Part shown: positions 9,232-21,700 of the stretch, piece by piece
How the letters are laid out: each line of letters starts with the position of its first letter
How positions within the stretch are numbered: the stretch's first letter is position 1
Source of the DNA: a virus
Taxonomy: Duplodnaviria; Caudoviricetes
Virus record (IMG/VR): IMGVR_UViG_3300025652_000098
Location: 1-52,937 of that record
DNA: 52,937 bases
Reading direction: 5' to 3' (one strand)
Made by a program: the position numbers and the translations under genes
The notes under the pieces: generated by a model
Told to the model about the DNA's origin: nothing
The model's database searches: none
Seen by the model: only the letters and a program-made list of their open reading frames with translations

Positions 9232-12200
9232 TGGCACAAGGTGCAAGACAGAGCAGTTTATTTGCTGCCGAAGACTTCAGCGTAGTATACGAGAGTTTTA
9301 GCCAAGCTAATTTTCAGGCGTATGACTTTGATACAATCAGGTCTGCCATGGTGGATTATGTAAGAGCTAACTACCCGGAAGATTTTAACGACTGGATCAG
9401 CAGTAGTGAATTTGTAAGTTTAATTGAACTTATGGCATTCTTAGGTCACAACTTGGCTTTCCGAGCTGACCTTGCTAGCCGTGAAAACTATCTGAGTACT
9501 GCCGAGCGCCGTGAAAGCGCATTGCGTATTGCTGAATTCTTGGGATATGAACCAACAAGAAACGTTGTCGCTGATGGCTATTTGAAAATCAATAGTATCA
9601 AGACAAGTGAAAGATTATATGATGCCGAAGGATCAAGTCTTGCCAACAAAGATATTTTCTTTGAAGATGTGACTAACCCTGACACGTATCAAGACTTCTT
9701 GACTATTATGAATAGTATTTTCACTACTAGTAACCAATTCGGCACACCTTTTGCTAAGTTTAATCAATCTGGTGTTGTGAACGAAGTATACAAGACTAGT
9801 ACAGCAAATAACTCGGTAGTAGAGTCATTTAACTCAACTATCAGTGGACAAAGTCTGGGATTTGAACTATACAGTGTATATTACAATCAAAATGTAAATG
9901 TGATAGAAGAGCGCACGCCTGAACCAAATAAAAGTATTGACATTCTGTACAAGAATGATAATAGTGGTTTCACAAGTCCAAATACTGGATTCTTTATGGG
10001 CTTTAAGCAGGGCACGTTAAACTTTCAAGATTTTAATGTTGACACTGGCTTAGCCAACTTGGTACTAGACGTTACCGGTACTAATATTGCTAATGGTAAT
10101 ATCTGGGTACAAACAATCGGATTAGACGGCACCATCTCTACAAACTGGACACTTGTTGACAGACAATACGGAACCAACGCAATCTATAATAGTGTTTCAA
10201 ACAACCAACGAGATATCTTTACTGTGAGCAGTAGAGAAGATGACCAGATTAGTATTGTATTTGGTGACGGAAGTTTCGCAAACATTCCTCGTGGTATAAT
10301 TCGTGTTTGGTACAGAACAGGCGCCAATCTTAACTATGTTATTAATCCAAATAATATGTCAAGCATTACAAAGAACTTTAGATACACAGGAATTGATGGC
10401 AATGAATATACAGCTACAATTAATCTAGGTCTAAAAGAAACTGTAAGCAATGCGAGTATTAGAGAATCACTAAAGAGCATCAAGGATAACGCTGGTAGAT
10501 TCTATAGCGCACAGGACCGCATGGTTACTGCTGATGATTATAGCTTATTCCCACTAACAGTTAGTGAAAATGTTAGCAAGATTAAAAGTATTAACCGAGT
10601 ACATAGTGGGCACAGTCGCTTTAGAGATTTTTATGATCCTACTGCTACTTACAGTGACGCAAGTATGTATATGGATGATGGCTATCTTTATAAAGATGAC
10701 GCAACAGTAAGAAGTTTAATCGGATTACCTTCGTCATTAACATCTGAGCAAATATTTAATCGACATGTTGCTCCATTATTGAATGATCCTGAACTTACCA
10801 ACTTTTACTTTCATCGCCAGTTTTACGGAACAAATATCAGTTTGGACGGCGCAGTACCAGGTTTATATGACGCATATCAGCATTACAGTAACACAACTGG
10901 ATTGATTAATTTTTATAATGTAAATGGCAGTATCGACGATGTGTATCGTTGGAACCAAATCACTTCTGGTAATAGTAGCTCGACAGGGTATATCACTCTG
11001 AATGGCGTAGTTCAGAATTTCGGCACAGCCGCCGCTGCTCCATTAGACAAACTATCCGAGAATGGATTAGTTGAATTCATTACATCACCATTTGTTGAAG
11101 GTTATATTTCTCGTATTGAGCTTGTCAATCAGGGAAGCGGATACACAAGTGCTCCTACGATATCTATTGATGGCATCGGCACAGGAGCAACAGCAGAGGC
11201 AACTCTTACTGGTGATTCAATATCAAGTATATCTGTCACAGCAGCAGGCTCGGAATACAACTCAGCAACAAACATTACTATCACGGGCGGCGGCGGAAGC
11301 GGCGGCGTTGCTAAAGTATATGTAACCAGTGCTGACACAAAATGGGTAAAAATAGTCAGTCTTGGCAACAATGGACTTGGTGAAGATAGTGCTTCTGGAA
11401 TCCCAACAGGCATTACACTTGACAGTCGAGGTTCAGTCGCACTAGGCGGCGTTGTTCCAACTGGCGCAAGAATTAAACGAATTGTCCCAACATACAGCAT
11501 GGACACTACAACAGCAGTTAAAGCTGAAATAAAAAATGCGATTGATAATCGAAATAGCTTTGGTTTACGTTACGATATTCCTACTAGAGGATGGGCATTG
11601 GTGGCATCAGGCGATCTTCCTGGCAATAGTATTGCGTCTACAGACGTTAGTAGTTGGAGCAGACAATTCGAAGGTGATATTACAGCTGGATCATTGGATC
11701 AGAGTTGGATAATCAGATTTGATTATAGTTCTACCGATTGGGAAATACTTGTTAGAAAAACGAGGTTTGTTTTTGGTAGTGACACAACAGTTAGATTTAA
11801 CAATCTCAACTTCGAAGAAACATTTAGTAGTGCGACATCCAAGCCTAGAAGAGATAATCTAGAAGTACTTGATATTAATAATGTCTCCTCTAGTGATTAT
11901 ACACCATTGGGCAAGAAATACAAGTTTAATGTTAGCGGATACTACAAATATAGTGACGGCTATACTGATAATCATAAAGTAAAAGTTACGTTGGCTGATC
12001 CAGATAACGATAACTATCCAGATACGCCAGATGCGTTTCAGCAGGTTGTCAGAGACCAGACGATTAATCTTGGCACGATCACGGAAAATGGATATGATTA
12101 CACTGTAAGAGCCGCCACCGGCACTAATACTGGCGGACGCGAAGCAATACACACAAGATATAATAGAATTGCTGACTTAAATCAGGTAATTGATCCATCC

Positions 12201-12776
12201 AGAACTAACATCATTGATACATATGTTCTTCTTAGAAGTTACGACACTGAGTTCAGAACATGGGCAGCATATGATGGTAGATCATTTACTCAGCCAGCTG
12301 CTCCGACAGTTAATGGACTTAGTAAATTGTTTACTAGTCTGTCCACCAAGAAAACAATAAGTGACCAGATAATTTATAGACCTGTCAAGTATAAAATACT
12401 ATTTGGAGATTTGGCGTCATCTGAGTTACAGGCAAACTTCAAGATTACAAAAACAGTAAATAGTACATTGAGTGATACAGAAATCAAACAAACAGTAGTA
12501 CAACTAATAAATGAATATTTTAGTATTGACAACTGGGACTTTGGCGAGACATTTTATTTTACTGAACTTGCGTCATACGTTCATAACAACTTGATAGGGC
12601 AAATAAGTCAGATTAATATTGTTCCAATTGACAACAGATTTGGTTCAACGCTTTATGAGATTAATTCACAAAGTGACGAACTATTCCTGCCAGTTCTAAC
12701 ATCTGCTAATGTCATTGTGGAATCAAGTAACAACGCTAATCTAACTACTATAACATCAAACTCCGGAGTTAATTAA
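9231..12776 (+). CDS. 6: Baseplate wedge subunit gp6 (baseplate J-like), extended
   Basis: DFDTIR..M..Y, LIELMAFLG..L.FRADL...ENYL.TAERRES, IVFGDG.F..IP, AQDRMVTADDY. Follows gp25. Confidence 0.9.
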   Translation: MAQGARQSSLFAAEDFSVVYESFSQANFQAYDFDTIRSAMVDYVRANYPEDFNDWISSSEFVSLIELMAFLGHNLAFRADLASRENYLSTAERRESALRIAEFLGYEPTRNVVADGYLKINSIKTSERLYDAEGSSLANKDIFFEDVTNPDTYQDFLTIMNSIFTTSNQFGTPFAKFNQSGVVNEVYKTSTANNSVVESFNSTISGQSLGFELYSVYYNQNVNVIEERTPEPNKSIDILYKNDNSGFTSPNTGFFMGFKQGTLNFQDFNVDTGLANLVLDVTGTNIANGNIWVQTIGLDGTISTNWTLVDRQYGTNAIYNSVSNNQRDIFTVSSREDDQISIVFGDGSFANIPRGIIRVWYRTGANLNYVINPNNMSSITKNFRYTGIDGNEYTATINLGLKETVSNASIRESLKSIKDNAGRFYSAQDRMVTADDYSLFPLTVSENVSKIKSINRVHSGHSRFRDFYDPTATYSDASMYMDDGYLYKDDATVRSLIGLPSSLTSEQIFNRHVAPLLNDPELTNFYFHRQFYGTNISLDGAVPGLYDAYQHYSNTTGLINFYNVNGSIDDVYRWNQITSGNSSSTGYITLNGVVQNFGTAAAAPLDKLSENGLVEFITSPFVEGYISRIELVNQGSGYTSAPTISIDGIGTGATAEATLTGDSISSISVTAAGSEYNSATNITITGGGGSGGVAKVYVTSADTKWVKIVSLGNNGLGEDSASGIPTGITLDSRGSVALGGVVPTGARIKRIVPTYSMDTTTAVKAEIKNAIDNRNSFGLRYDIPTRGWALVASGDLPGNSIASTDVSSWSRQFEGDITAGSLDQSWIIRFDYSSTDWEILVRKTRFVFGSDTTVRFNNLNFEETFSSATSKPRRDNLEVLDINNVSSSDYTPLGKKYKFNVSGYYKYSDGYTDNHKVKVTLADPDNDNYPDTPDAFQQVVRDQTINLGTITENGYDYTVRAATGTNTGGREAIHTRYNRIADLNQVIDPSRTNIIDTYVLLRSYDTEFRTWAAYDGRSFTQPAAPTVNGLSKLFTSLSTKKTISDQIIYRPVKYKILFGDLASSELQANFKITKTVNSTLSDTEIKQTVVQLINEYFSIDNWDFGETFYFTELASYVHNNLIGQISQINIVPIDNRFGSTLYEINSQSDELFLPVLTSANVIVESSNNANLTTITSNSGVN

Positions 12777-15700
12777 TGAGCCAGAACTATCAAGCGAATC
12801 CTACTGATGCCCCACTAATCACACGACCAGGCGAAAGTAAGGAAAGATTGGGTACGACAAATGTTACGGGACTATTGCCTGACATTTTCAGAACTCATAT
12901 AAACAAAAAGTTTCTGAACAGTACGCTAGAACAATTACTATCCAGCGGCAGTTTACAGGCAATAAATTCGCTTGTTGGTTCAAACAACGGCTATAGAAAA
13001 GCGTCGGACATATACGACAGTAGCAATAGATTTGCGGACAACTATCAGTTTACTCCTTCGTTGGTTAATAAAAATGACAACAACGAGATTACGGATGTGC
13101 TTTCTTATGATGATTTTATATCAGCATTGGAATTCAACGGCGTTGATGTAAACAACCACAACAATATCTTAAATGAAAATGGTTATACTCTTAGACTGCC
13201 GATCAACTACGATATGTTTATCAACTATCACAAATACTTTTGGGCACTCAATACTGTGCCTGTATGCGAACTTGATTATGGATCAGGACCTCTAGCAGAG
13301 GCGCTCCTGATTGATGATATTGATGGACTTCTGCTTGGCTCAACATACACTACTCCTACTTTAGCTAACGGCAAGACACTAACATTAGAAAATGGTATGC
13401 GTGTTAAGTTCATTGGTGATAATGTATCTGGCGTAAACTATGCCAAAGATATAACCTACATTGTAGACAACGTTGGTCAACCAAGTGGCATCAAGCTCAC
13501 GGAACAATATGATGCCACTGGCACAAAAACATGGATCAATAAAACAATCTACAACTACAGCGATCCTATCAGAGATTATGTAGTAGAGCCTAGATTTGCT
13601 CCCGAGCAGAGCGCATGGTCGAGAACTAATCTATGGGTAAAAGACAGCGTAGTTATATCTGCCTGTGATTATAATGATTTAGATTCCAGCGACTACGCAA
13701 TTGAAACAGCACGAGCGGTCAGACCTATTATTGAATTCTTTGCTGATTGTGAGAAGTTTGACTTCGGTACAGAACACTTAATGAATGTGTCACACGCATT
13801 TGAGAACATCGTTGCTCCTGGTACGGATATTATAGGCGCTACCAATTTCAATCTTGCTTCGCATCTAGCAACAACTATATGGTCATTGACTGGGTTCGAC
13901 AAGGGTGATAAAGTATACGTTGATTCAGACGGTGAACTTACATACTGGGAATGTGCGCAAACCCACAACGATGCCAAGAACCCTACTTTCTACATGAATA
14001 GTGAATATTGGAAACAGATCGTTGCTAAAACAGTGGTAGACGGCGACACTATATTGTTCATATCTAGCACCGATGTAGCATATAATAATACTATTCGTAC
14101 AGCAGTCGTTGATGGCACTGGACTGATTACGGCATTAACGCCGTTACACGACAGCGGAACATTAACCCCTGGTGACAAGATTGTTGTGACAGTTGGTTAC
14201 AACGAAGTGTTCGGTGATGAATATCCAAATGATATATGGAGTGGCAGTGAATGGTACTGGGATAACACTACATGGGTATACGGACAACAAAAAGACTATC
14301 GCAGTGAAGGAATGTTATTTCAGGCATACGATATAGATTTGAATAAATTAGATGACGCCGCTGTTTATCCAAACAGCAGTTTTGCCGGTGATCCAATCTT
14401 TGATTACAGCAAGAGTACATCGTCAATCTATGATTTTGCGCTTGGCTTTAAGCCAAAGTATGCCGAGTATGGCAACAACCCAGGTTTTGAATTTACATTG
14501 GGCAGTGGCAGTATAAGATACGCATACAACAAAGTCAATACAAATGTTAACTTATCAAACTCAAGTGTATCAAATGAATTTGAAATTGCCGGCTTCTATT
14601 ACTTCAAGAACATCAATACTGGCAAATTTACAAATAACTGGACTGAAGTACGTGGCGGACAGCCGGTAAGAAGACACTACCAGAATATCTTCGGTACCCC
14701 TAGTGACTCAATGATTGTCGATCTTGGCACGAACGATGTCCATAATTACGACAGCTTTCGTGTGTTGAGTAAAGGTAGCGAACTAGAATTCCATACACAC
14801 AGTAATCAAAATTCTGTCACTACATTCAACAGAGTGAACGGAACTAATCCGGTGTTGTTTATGGCAAGAAACAAGACTTATACATTCAAGACTGTATTTG
14901 ATAGTGATGACCTACAATTTAAGGATGTCTCTGGCAATAATATTCCTGGACTTACTCGCAGCCCAGCTATTGATAATGAGTTCACGATATCTCTTGATGG
15001 AACTGTTACCGATGCTCTTATAAAATATACTCTTCCCGGAGTAGATACAGGATGGATCAGTCTGTCCGATATTAAAGAATACAATGTTGATGTGACTATT
15101 AGAAATGACAGTGGCGACACTGTTCTGCCAGAGACTGCTTATGTTATCTCGGACAATCACTTAACCATCACGCATGATTTTGCTGCTGATGATGTGGTTG
15201 ATGTTACCTGGCACACTGATGGCAAATTAACTAGCTCCGCACAGGGTTCTTTTTTACCTGCTGATACTCATATTCTTAATCCACAGAACGAGCTTGTGAC
15301 AACAGTAGAATATAGTGACCTACAGCACCATATCAAAAGTCAGATGACTTCTATTCCTGGCTTTAGTGACAGCTTTTTTGGTACAAACAACTATACAGCA
15401 TTACCGATGTTGAACCAATTTGGCGGCACGATTAGGCAGCAGGCGTTTAGTACAGAGTTACTAACCCAAACACTCAGCAACACTGATTCTAATCCATTCA
15501 GTAGTCTACGGTTTGTGTCACAGCGATATAATAGATTTAAGTCACAATTTACTCAAAAAGTAAAACAGCTACACAACACAACAGATACTAGTATTCCAGT
15601 ATATGAGTTGGTTGATCGTGCTCTAAGAGAAATGAATCTAGGCAAGAATCGCAACAGTGATTTTTCTCAAAGTGACATGGCATTTTATAATGGCTATGAA

Positions 15701-18700
15701 AGTGTAGATGTAAACTGGTATGATGGCGACAGTAATGTATTCTCATTGCCACAAACAATCAACACATTCGATGACACAGTTAACCATGTTCAGTTATGGC
15801 TAAAAGATGTTGATGGCAATGGCGTTGCTCGTTGGAGAGCATTGATCAAGGACATCGATTACACACTAACAAACTATAATGTGACAATTAATACATCAGT
15901 GACCTTTGATGGTGATAGTAGAGCATACGCCCACATTCGTTGGTATCCACAAAATAGCAGCAGCTTTATCCCACCAAGCGCAGCGAAGATGGGTCTGGTA
16001 CGACCTACTAAACTAAGCCAGTTATCTAATTTTTATATTGATGCTGGATATATCACTGGTCAGGATGACTTTGTTGCTCCTACTGTTGGCACATACACAG
16101 ATGCGCTTCAGTTACATGACGGCAGTATTCATGTTAGAATGGGCACAGAACTATATAACAGAAATAGTTCAGAATTTAATATCGTTGACGCCGCTATCTG
16201 GGAACTTGATACCAGAATAGAAAACAATCTATCAGATGCCCTTAACACGGTAGTTGATTATAAAACAATAATGCCTACAGCACATCGCAGCACCAGTTAT
16301 TCTTGGGATGACATGTCCAACGCTATGCGTGATGACTTCAATAGATGGAAAACTAGAAATAGTGTTACCGTACTAAACTCCGCGTCTTATTACGATGCCG
16401 GCGATAAGTTTACTTGGAACTACAGTAGTGTAGGACCAGGCATTGGCGGCTGGAAAGGCGTGTACACATACTACTTTAATACTGATAGACCACACACTCA
16501 TCCATGGGAGATGTTTGGCTACAACACACAACCAACATGGTGGATAGTATATTATGACTGGACAGATGTCAATAAGAAAGCAGCACTGATCACAGCATTG
16601 AAAACTGGACACTATAACAATCCAGCAGATACACCGAAATATAGTATAGATTACGCATACACAAACTATGATTGGGATACTAACACACTAGTTGATATCA
16701 CTAATGTATTGCTTGATCCTGTTGCGGCAGCCGTTGTTACTGCTCCTGTAAGTGTTGAAGCATCAAAAGACTTTGTATTTGGAGATTTAGGTCCAATCGA
16801 ATCATCATGGAGAAATAGTAGCGAGTATAAAATTAACTTGTTTAGTACACTAATGAAATTACAGCCATTGTGGACTATCAATACATATTTCAGAAGTCTT
16901 ACCAGAAGCATAATTTCGAATCCTGATATAGATACTGTACAGCATTACTTCAAAGACACAAAGAACTTAGGAAATAATAAGAACGCAAACTTCACATATT
17001 TGCCGTTCGCTGACAACATTCTTAGTACTATTACTGTAACAAATGGCGGCACTTATGCGACCGCGCCAGTATTGACAGTATTCAGTAACTTTGGTGATGA
17101 CGCAACTGTTACCGCCCATGTTAATAACGGCACAATGGCAGCAGTATCAATCGACAATCCAGGTGGCAACTTCACGGGAAGACCGACTATCGTAACAAGC
17201 GAAGGCAATGCGACATTCAATGTTACTACGATTGCTGGAGCAACAAGATACTTCGGCGGCATGGGTAATGCTATAGTTGAATTTGCCAAATATAATAACA
17301 CACCGGTTGACACATTGGTTGAAAGATTTAATAATATGGGATATTCTCCTATTGTTAAGGCTTCTGGCTTTGTCAACAACGATCAAAACTTTATATTGGA
17401 AAGTAGCCACGATAAGGGTCGTGTTTATTATCCAGCAGACAGTCATACAACAATTCTTTACACAAGTCAACCAAAAGATGAAAAATTCTTTAGTTCGGTA
17501 AAAATTACGAAATTAGCACAGGGCTTTTCTGTATCAGGAATGGACAATGTAGGACAGACATTTAGTTATTATGCTCCTATAACTACTTCTAGCAAGATTG
17601 CGGTTGACATTAATAATAAACTGTATTACAATTACAGTAAATACGACACCACGGCTACTCAATTGGCTTATAGTAGTGTGTTAGACGACACACAGGCAGT
17701 TTATAATTTCATTCTAGGCTACGAGAAATATCTATTGGCACAGGGTTGGAAAACAGCCGCGTGGGCAGCAGAGGCACAGAAATTTGTTGAATGGAATGCT
17801 ACAGCAGCAGCGGGCGATTATGTATTCGCTAAGCCAGATACCTCTAGACTAGAGATAACTGAGCCTACGTTGGGATATTATGACAGCCTATCAACAAAAT
17901 ATGATGGCGCATACAATCTGGTAGATGCTGATGGAAAATTAATCTCCAATGATAAGGTGCTAATCAGTAGAAATATTGAAACCAGCACTGGTATTAACAC
18001 GGTAATGGAAAGAAAAGACAACGACACAATCATCCATGGTATAAGATTCTACACAGTAGAATTAGAGCACGTTATCGTATTCGACAACGAAAGTTTGTTT
18101 AATGATGTAGTTTATCAGCCAGCGATGGGTAACCTGCGAGATCGTATTACTTGGAGAGGCACTAGAACAAAAGACTGGAACGGCAAACTATATGCTCCTG
18201 GCTTCGTAGTTACTGGCGACAGAATTGTTAATAACTTCGACACGGTAGCAAGAGAACTAGACCAGTATTATGGACCTGGCAATACATTGTCAAATCAACA
18301 AATGCTTGACGTAGCCCGCTTTAATGTGGGATACAATCGTCCAGCATGGGCAGATAGTCTGACATTAGATGACGACACAGTGTGGAATTTTGTTAAAGGT
18401 ACATACAAGTATAGTGGCACAGAGAATGCTCTTAACGCATTACTGCGCACAACTGCGTTATATGATACCGTTGCTGATGTCACCCTACACGAAGATTGGG
18501 CAATTAGAACTGCTGATTATGGCGATACACGTTCGAATGAAACATTGGAATTTGTATTAACCCGTGACTTAGTTAAAACAAACCCTCAGCCGATTAGATT
18601 TACAGATGGAATTCGCAATGACGTTCTGACTGACTTTGTGGTTGATGTGGATTCAAACAGTAATCTATTGGTCACCGGTACGGCAGGAAATAATTTCCAA

Positions 18701-21700
18701 ACACGAGCACCGAAACAATACAATAATACTACGTCAACAACCTTTGCTGATTTGACTCTTGTAGAGAATGACTTTAGTGACGCAGGCTTGCCACTACTTA
18801 CTGAGGCAGACTATCGTGTACTAAACAGAGATGATTTTGTTCAATTCCCGACAGAAGTAAAAGATGCGTATGACTTCTCTGGCGAATGGCAGTCTATAGG
18901 ACAATGGGATAACAAAACATCCTATAAGTTCGGCGACAAAGTGATTTATCAAGGCAGCGTATTCCAGATGGTTGACTCTTCTGGAGCAACAGGAATAACA
19001 AGACCAAATAATCCTATTGACGTTGTTGGTACCGCGGTATTGCCGATCATCAGTAAAGCCGGCGGCACATTCATTATAGGCGAATCTTCGGGAACAGCCA
19101 CGACAATCAATATCGTGAATACAACAACGACTACAAATTATAATCCTATAGCCATATCTGGAACCGAAGTTAATCCCGTGCTTGCTCAGAACACTACGTT
19201 GGTCATCGCTTCTGATGACAATGAGTTGGTAACCGTGACTTTCGCTAATATTTCTGATGTTATCGTGTATGATTCGCCTACCTCAACAGGTGACGATGTA
19301 GTTAATCCCGTTGTATCAACGCCAGGCGGCACACTCATCGTAGACGGAACAACGATAACGTTTAATGACATAGATAATAACAATATCAATGCCGAATCAG
19401 CATTGCTGGATGTTATCAATGGTTCATTAACAGTAGCACGCATAAACGCAATCGAGGCACTAAGATTGGTATATCCTTCTGGTACATGGGGCGCATTCCT
19501 TGCTTCTTACTTTGCTACTAGTGTTGCTGGATTGGATATTACTTTCTTGTTGACTGAGCGTGGAACACCAGCCTATGAGGCAGAAATCGACGCATTGATT
19601 ACCAATGATGTTAATATTATTAATAGCTTACAAGGAACTGTATATAGTCCTACACTTGTGATTGCTGGAACAGAAACAGTTGCTCCGCAAGATAGTACAG
19701 CGGCACAAACAGATATGGAAGCTGGGACATATATAGATGATGTATCGATTTGGCTTGCTGCTAATCTTACGACTGTCTTTAGTTCTAGCACAGTAGTCGC
19801 ATCACAATCAACTAACAGAGTGTATAATCTTGCTGCTATCATTCAGAAAATTACAGCAGCGGCTATTCCTAATATTGTTGCGAGTAACAGCAGCAATCAA
19901 TTGAAAATAACTAAAACAAATGTGGACACTTCTACTGCCGCGACACTAATCATAGGCGAGGGTACATTGAATACCACACTTGGCTTTCCTATTGTTGGCG
20001 AAACAGTTGTGAGTACAGGTATCGCTGTGCCGACTGCGGGTATTATCGACTTAACAAGTATAGTTTCTCAAATAAACACCGCGGTAATACCGGGCATTAG
20101 TGCGCAGGCATCTTTGAACAATACCCTAACAATATCAAGTAATTCTACACAGGTCGTAATCGATGCTTCGAGCACTGCGTTGACCGCGTTGGGAATTGTT
20201 TCAGGAACAATTCTAGCAACATCTAACGTATCGTCAACTAGTTCAACCAACGACATTGATGACATTGTTAGTCTAATCAACGCAGAAGGATTAAGTGGCA
20301 TTTTAGCAGCCAATTCCAATAACAGATTAAAAATTACTAGCACTGCTAGTACATTATATATTGGTCCAGGCACGATTAACAGTGTGGTTGGTTTACAATC
20401 CAATACATACACAGCGTCTCAGACCGTTGTTAGCAATACATTCCAGGCTATTCGTTCTGAGAATGGCGACGAGATTCAAGTATTCTTAGAGTTGGAAAAT
20501 GATCCAGCCGTGTTTAGTATCTGGGTAGCAGACGATAGTAGTCTTGATGGGCTAGGCAACTTTGGCTATGATGTTCATCAGTCGATGGACTTCGGCATGT
20601 ATGTTTCACGAGCATGTGCTGGTATTACAGAGGCAGACAACGCCGAGATTACTGTGTCTCTTGCCTCTGATGTAACTAATAACAAAGGAAACAGTCTTCA
20701 CAACCTCACAGTCGGAGACTATGTTCTAATTACAGGAAGTAATACTACTCCGAAAATTGACGGTATACACAAGGTAGTCGAGATCGATGCGAACAATAAA
20801 AGAAGATTCTTCATTGATGAGTTTATCGAAAAAGAAGGCAACGTGGGCAATATTTATCCACTGAGAAGTGTCCGTTTCGACACGATTGATAGCCTGTTGT
20901 CTGAGTATAACTCATTCACAACAGTAGACGGACTAAGCATTCCGAAATATAACTTCGCAGGATTCAGACAGAATAATAGTCTTCGTCCAATCTACGCATT
21001 CGTTAACTCTGATGACCTTGGCAGACCAGCAGTATATCGCTGGACTGGCAGATTTGGAATGACTGATGGCAATACTTACGGCGATTGGGTAAAAGTACGA
21101 GTAACATACGACCAGGCAAGAAATGACCTGATTGAAAATGTTAAGATATTCGACGCAGAGAACCAAACGTATATCAATAACATTGAAATCTTTGACCCAT
21201 TCAAAGGAATCATTCCAGGATTTGCTGAGAGAGAAATAGATTATAAATCTACCAATGACATTGCTATCTATAACTTCAATAATGCTAGCGGCAGTATTGT
21301 AACGGATAACGCATGGAAAGATTCCCATGTTGATGAGCGCTGGTGGGATCTTAGATCCGCTGTTTATCTGAACTATGAGCAGGGAAATATTGACTATAAG
21401 AGATCACATTGGGGTAGATTGTTTGATGGCGCAAGTATAGACATTTATGAATGGACACGTAGTCCTTCATTGCCAGAAGAATGGGAAACTCTTGTAACAA
21501 ATGGCGCTGTTGTGGATGGTAAAACAGCATCTGGGGAAGCGTACAGTTATGAACTAAATAATGAGACCATATATCAGTGGACTGAGTCTGTATATTACAA
21601 TCCAGACAAGAACCGCACTGAAACAACATATTACTTCTGGGTTAAAAATAAAACAACAACTGCTAATAATCGTAACTACAACGTATCACAGTTGAGAGAA

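Noticed and set aside
3690-12776. Bacterial T6SS/eCIS interpretation of the tube, spike, gp25 and baseplate genes
   Set aside because: Adjacent gp55/gp47/gp46 and TATAAATA late promoters indicate a T4-like phage.
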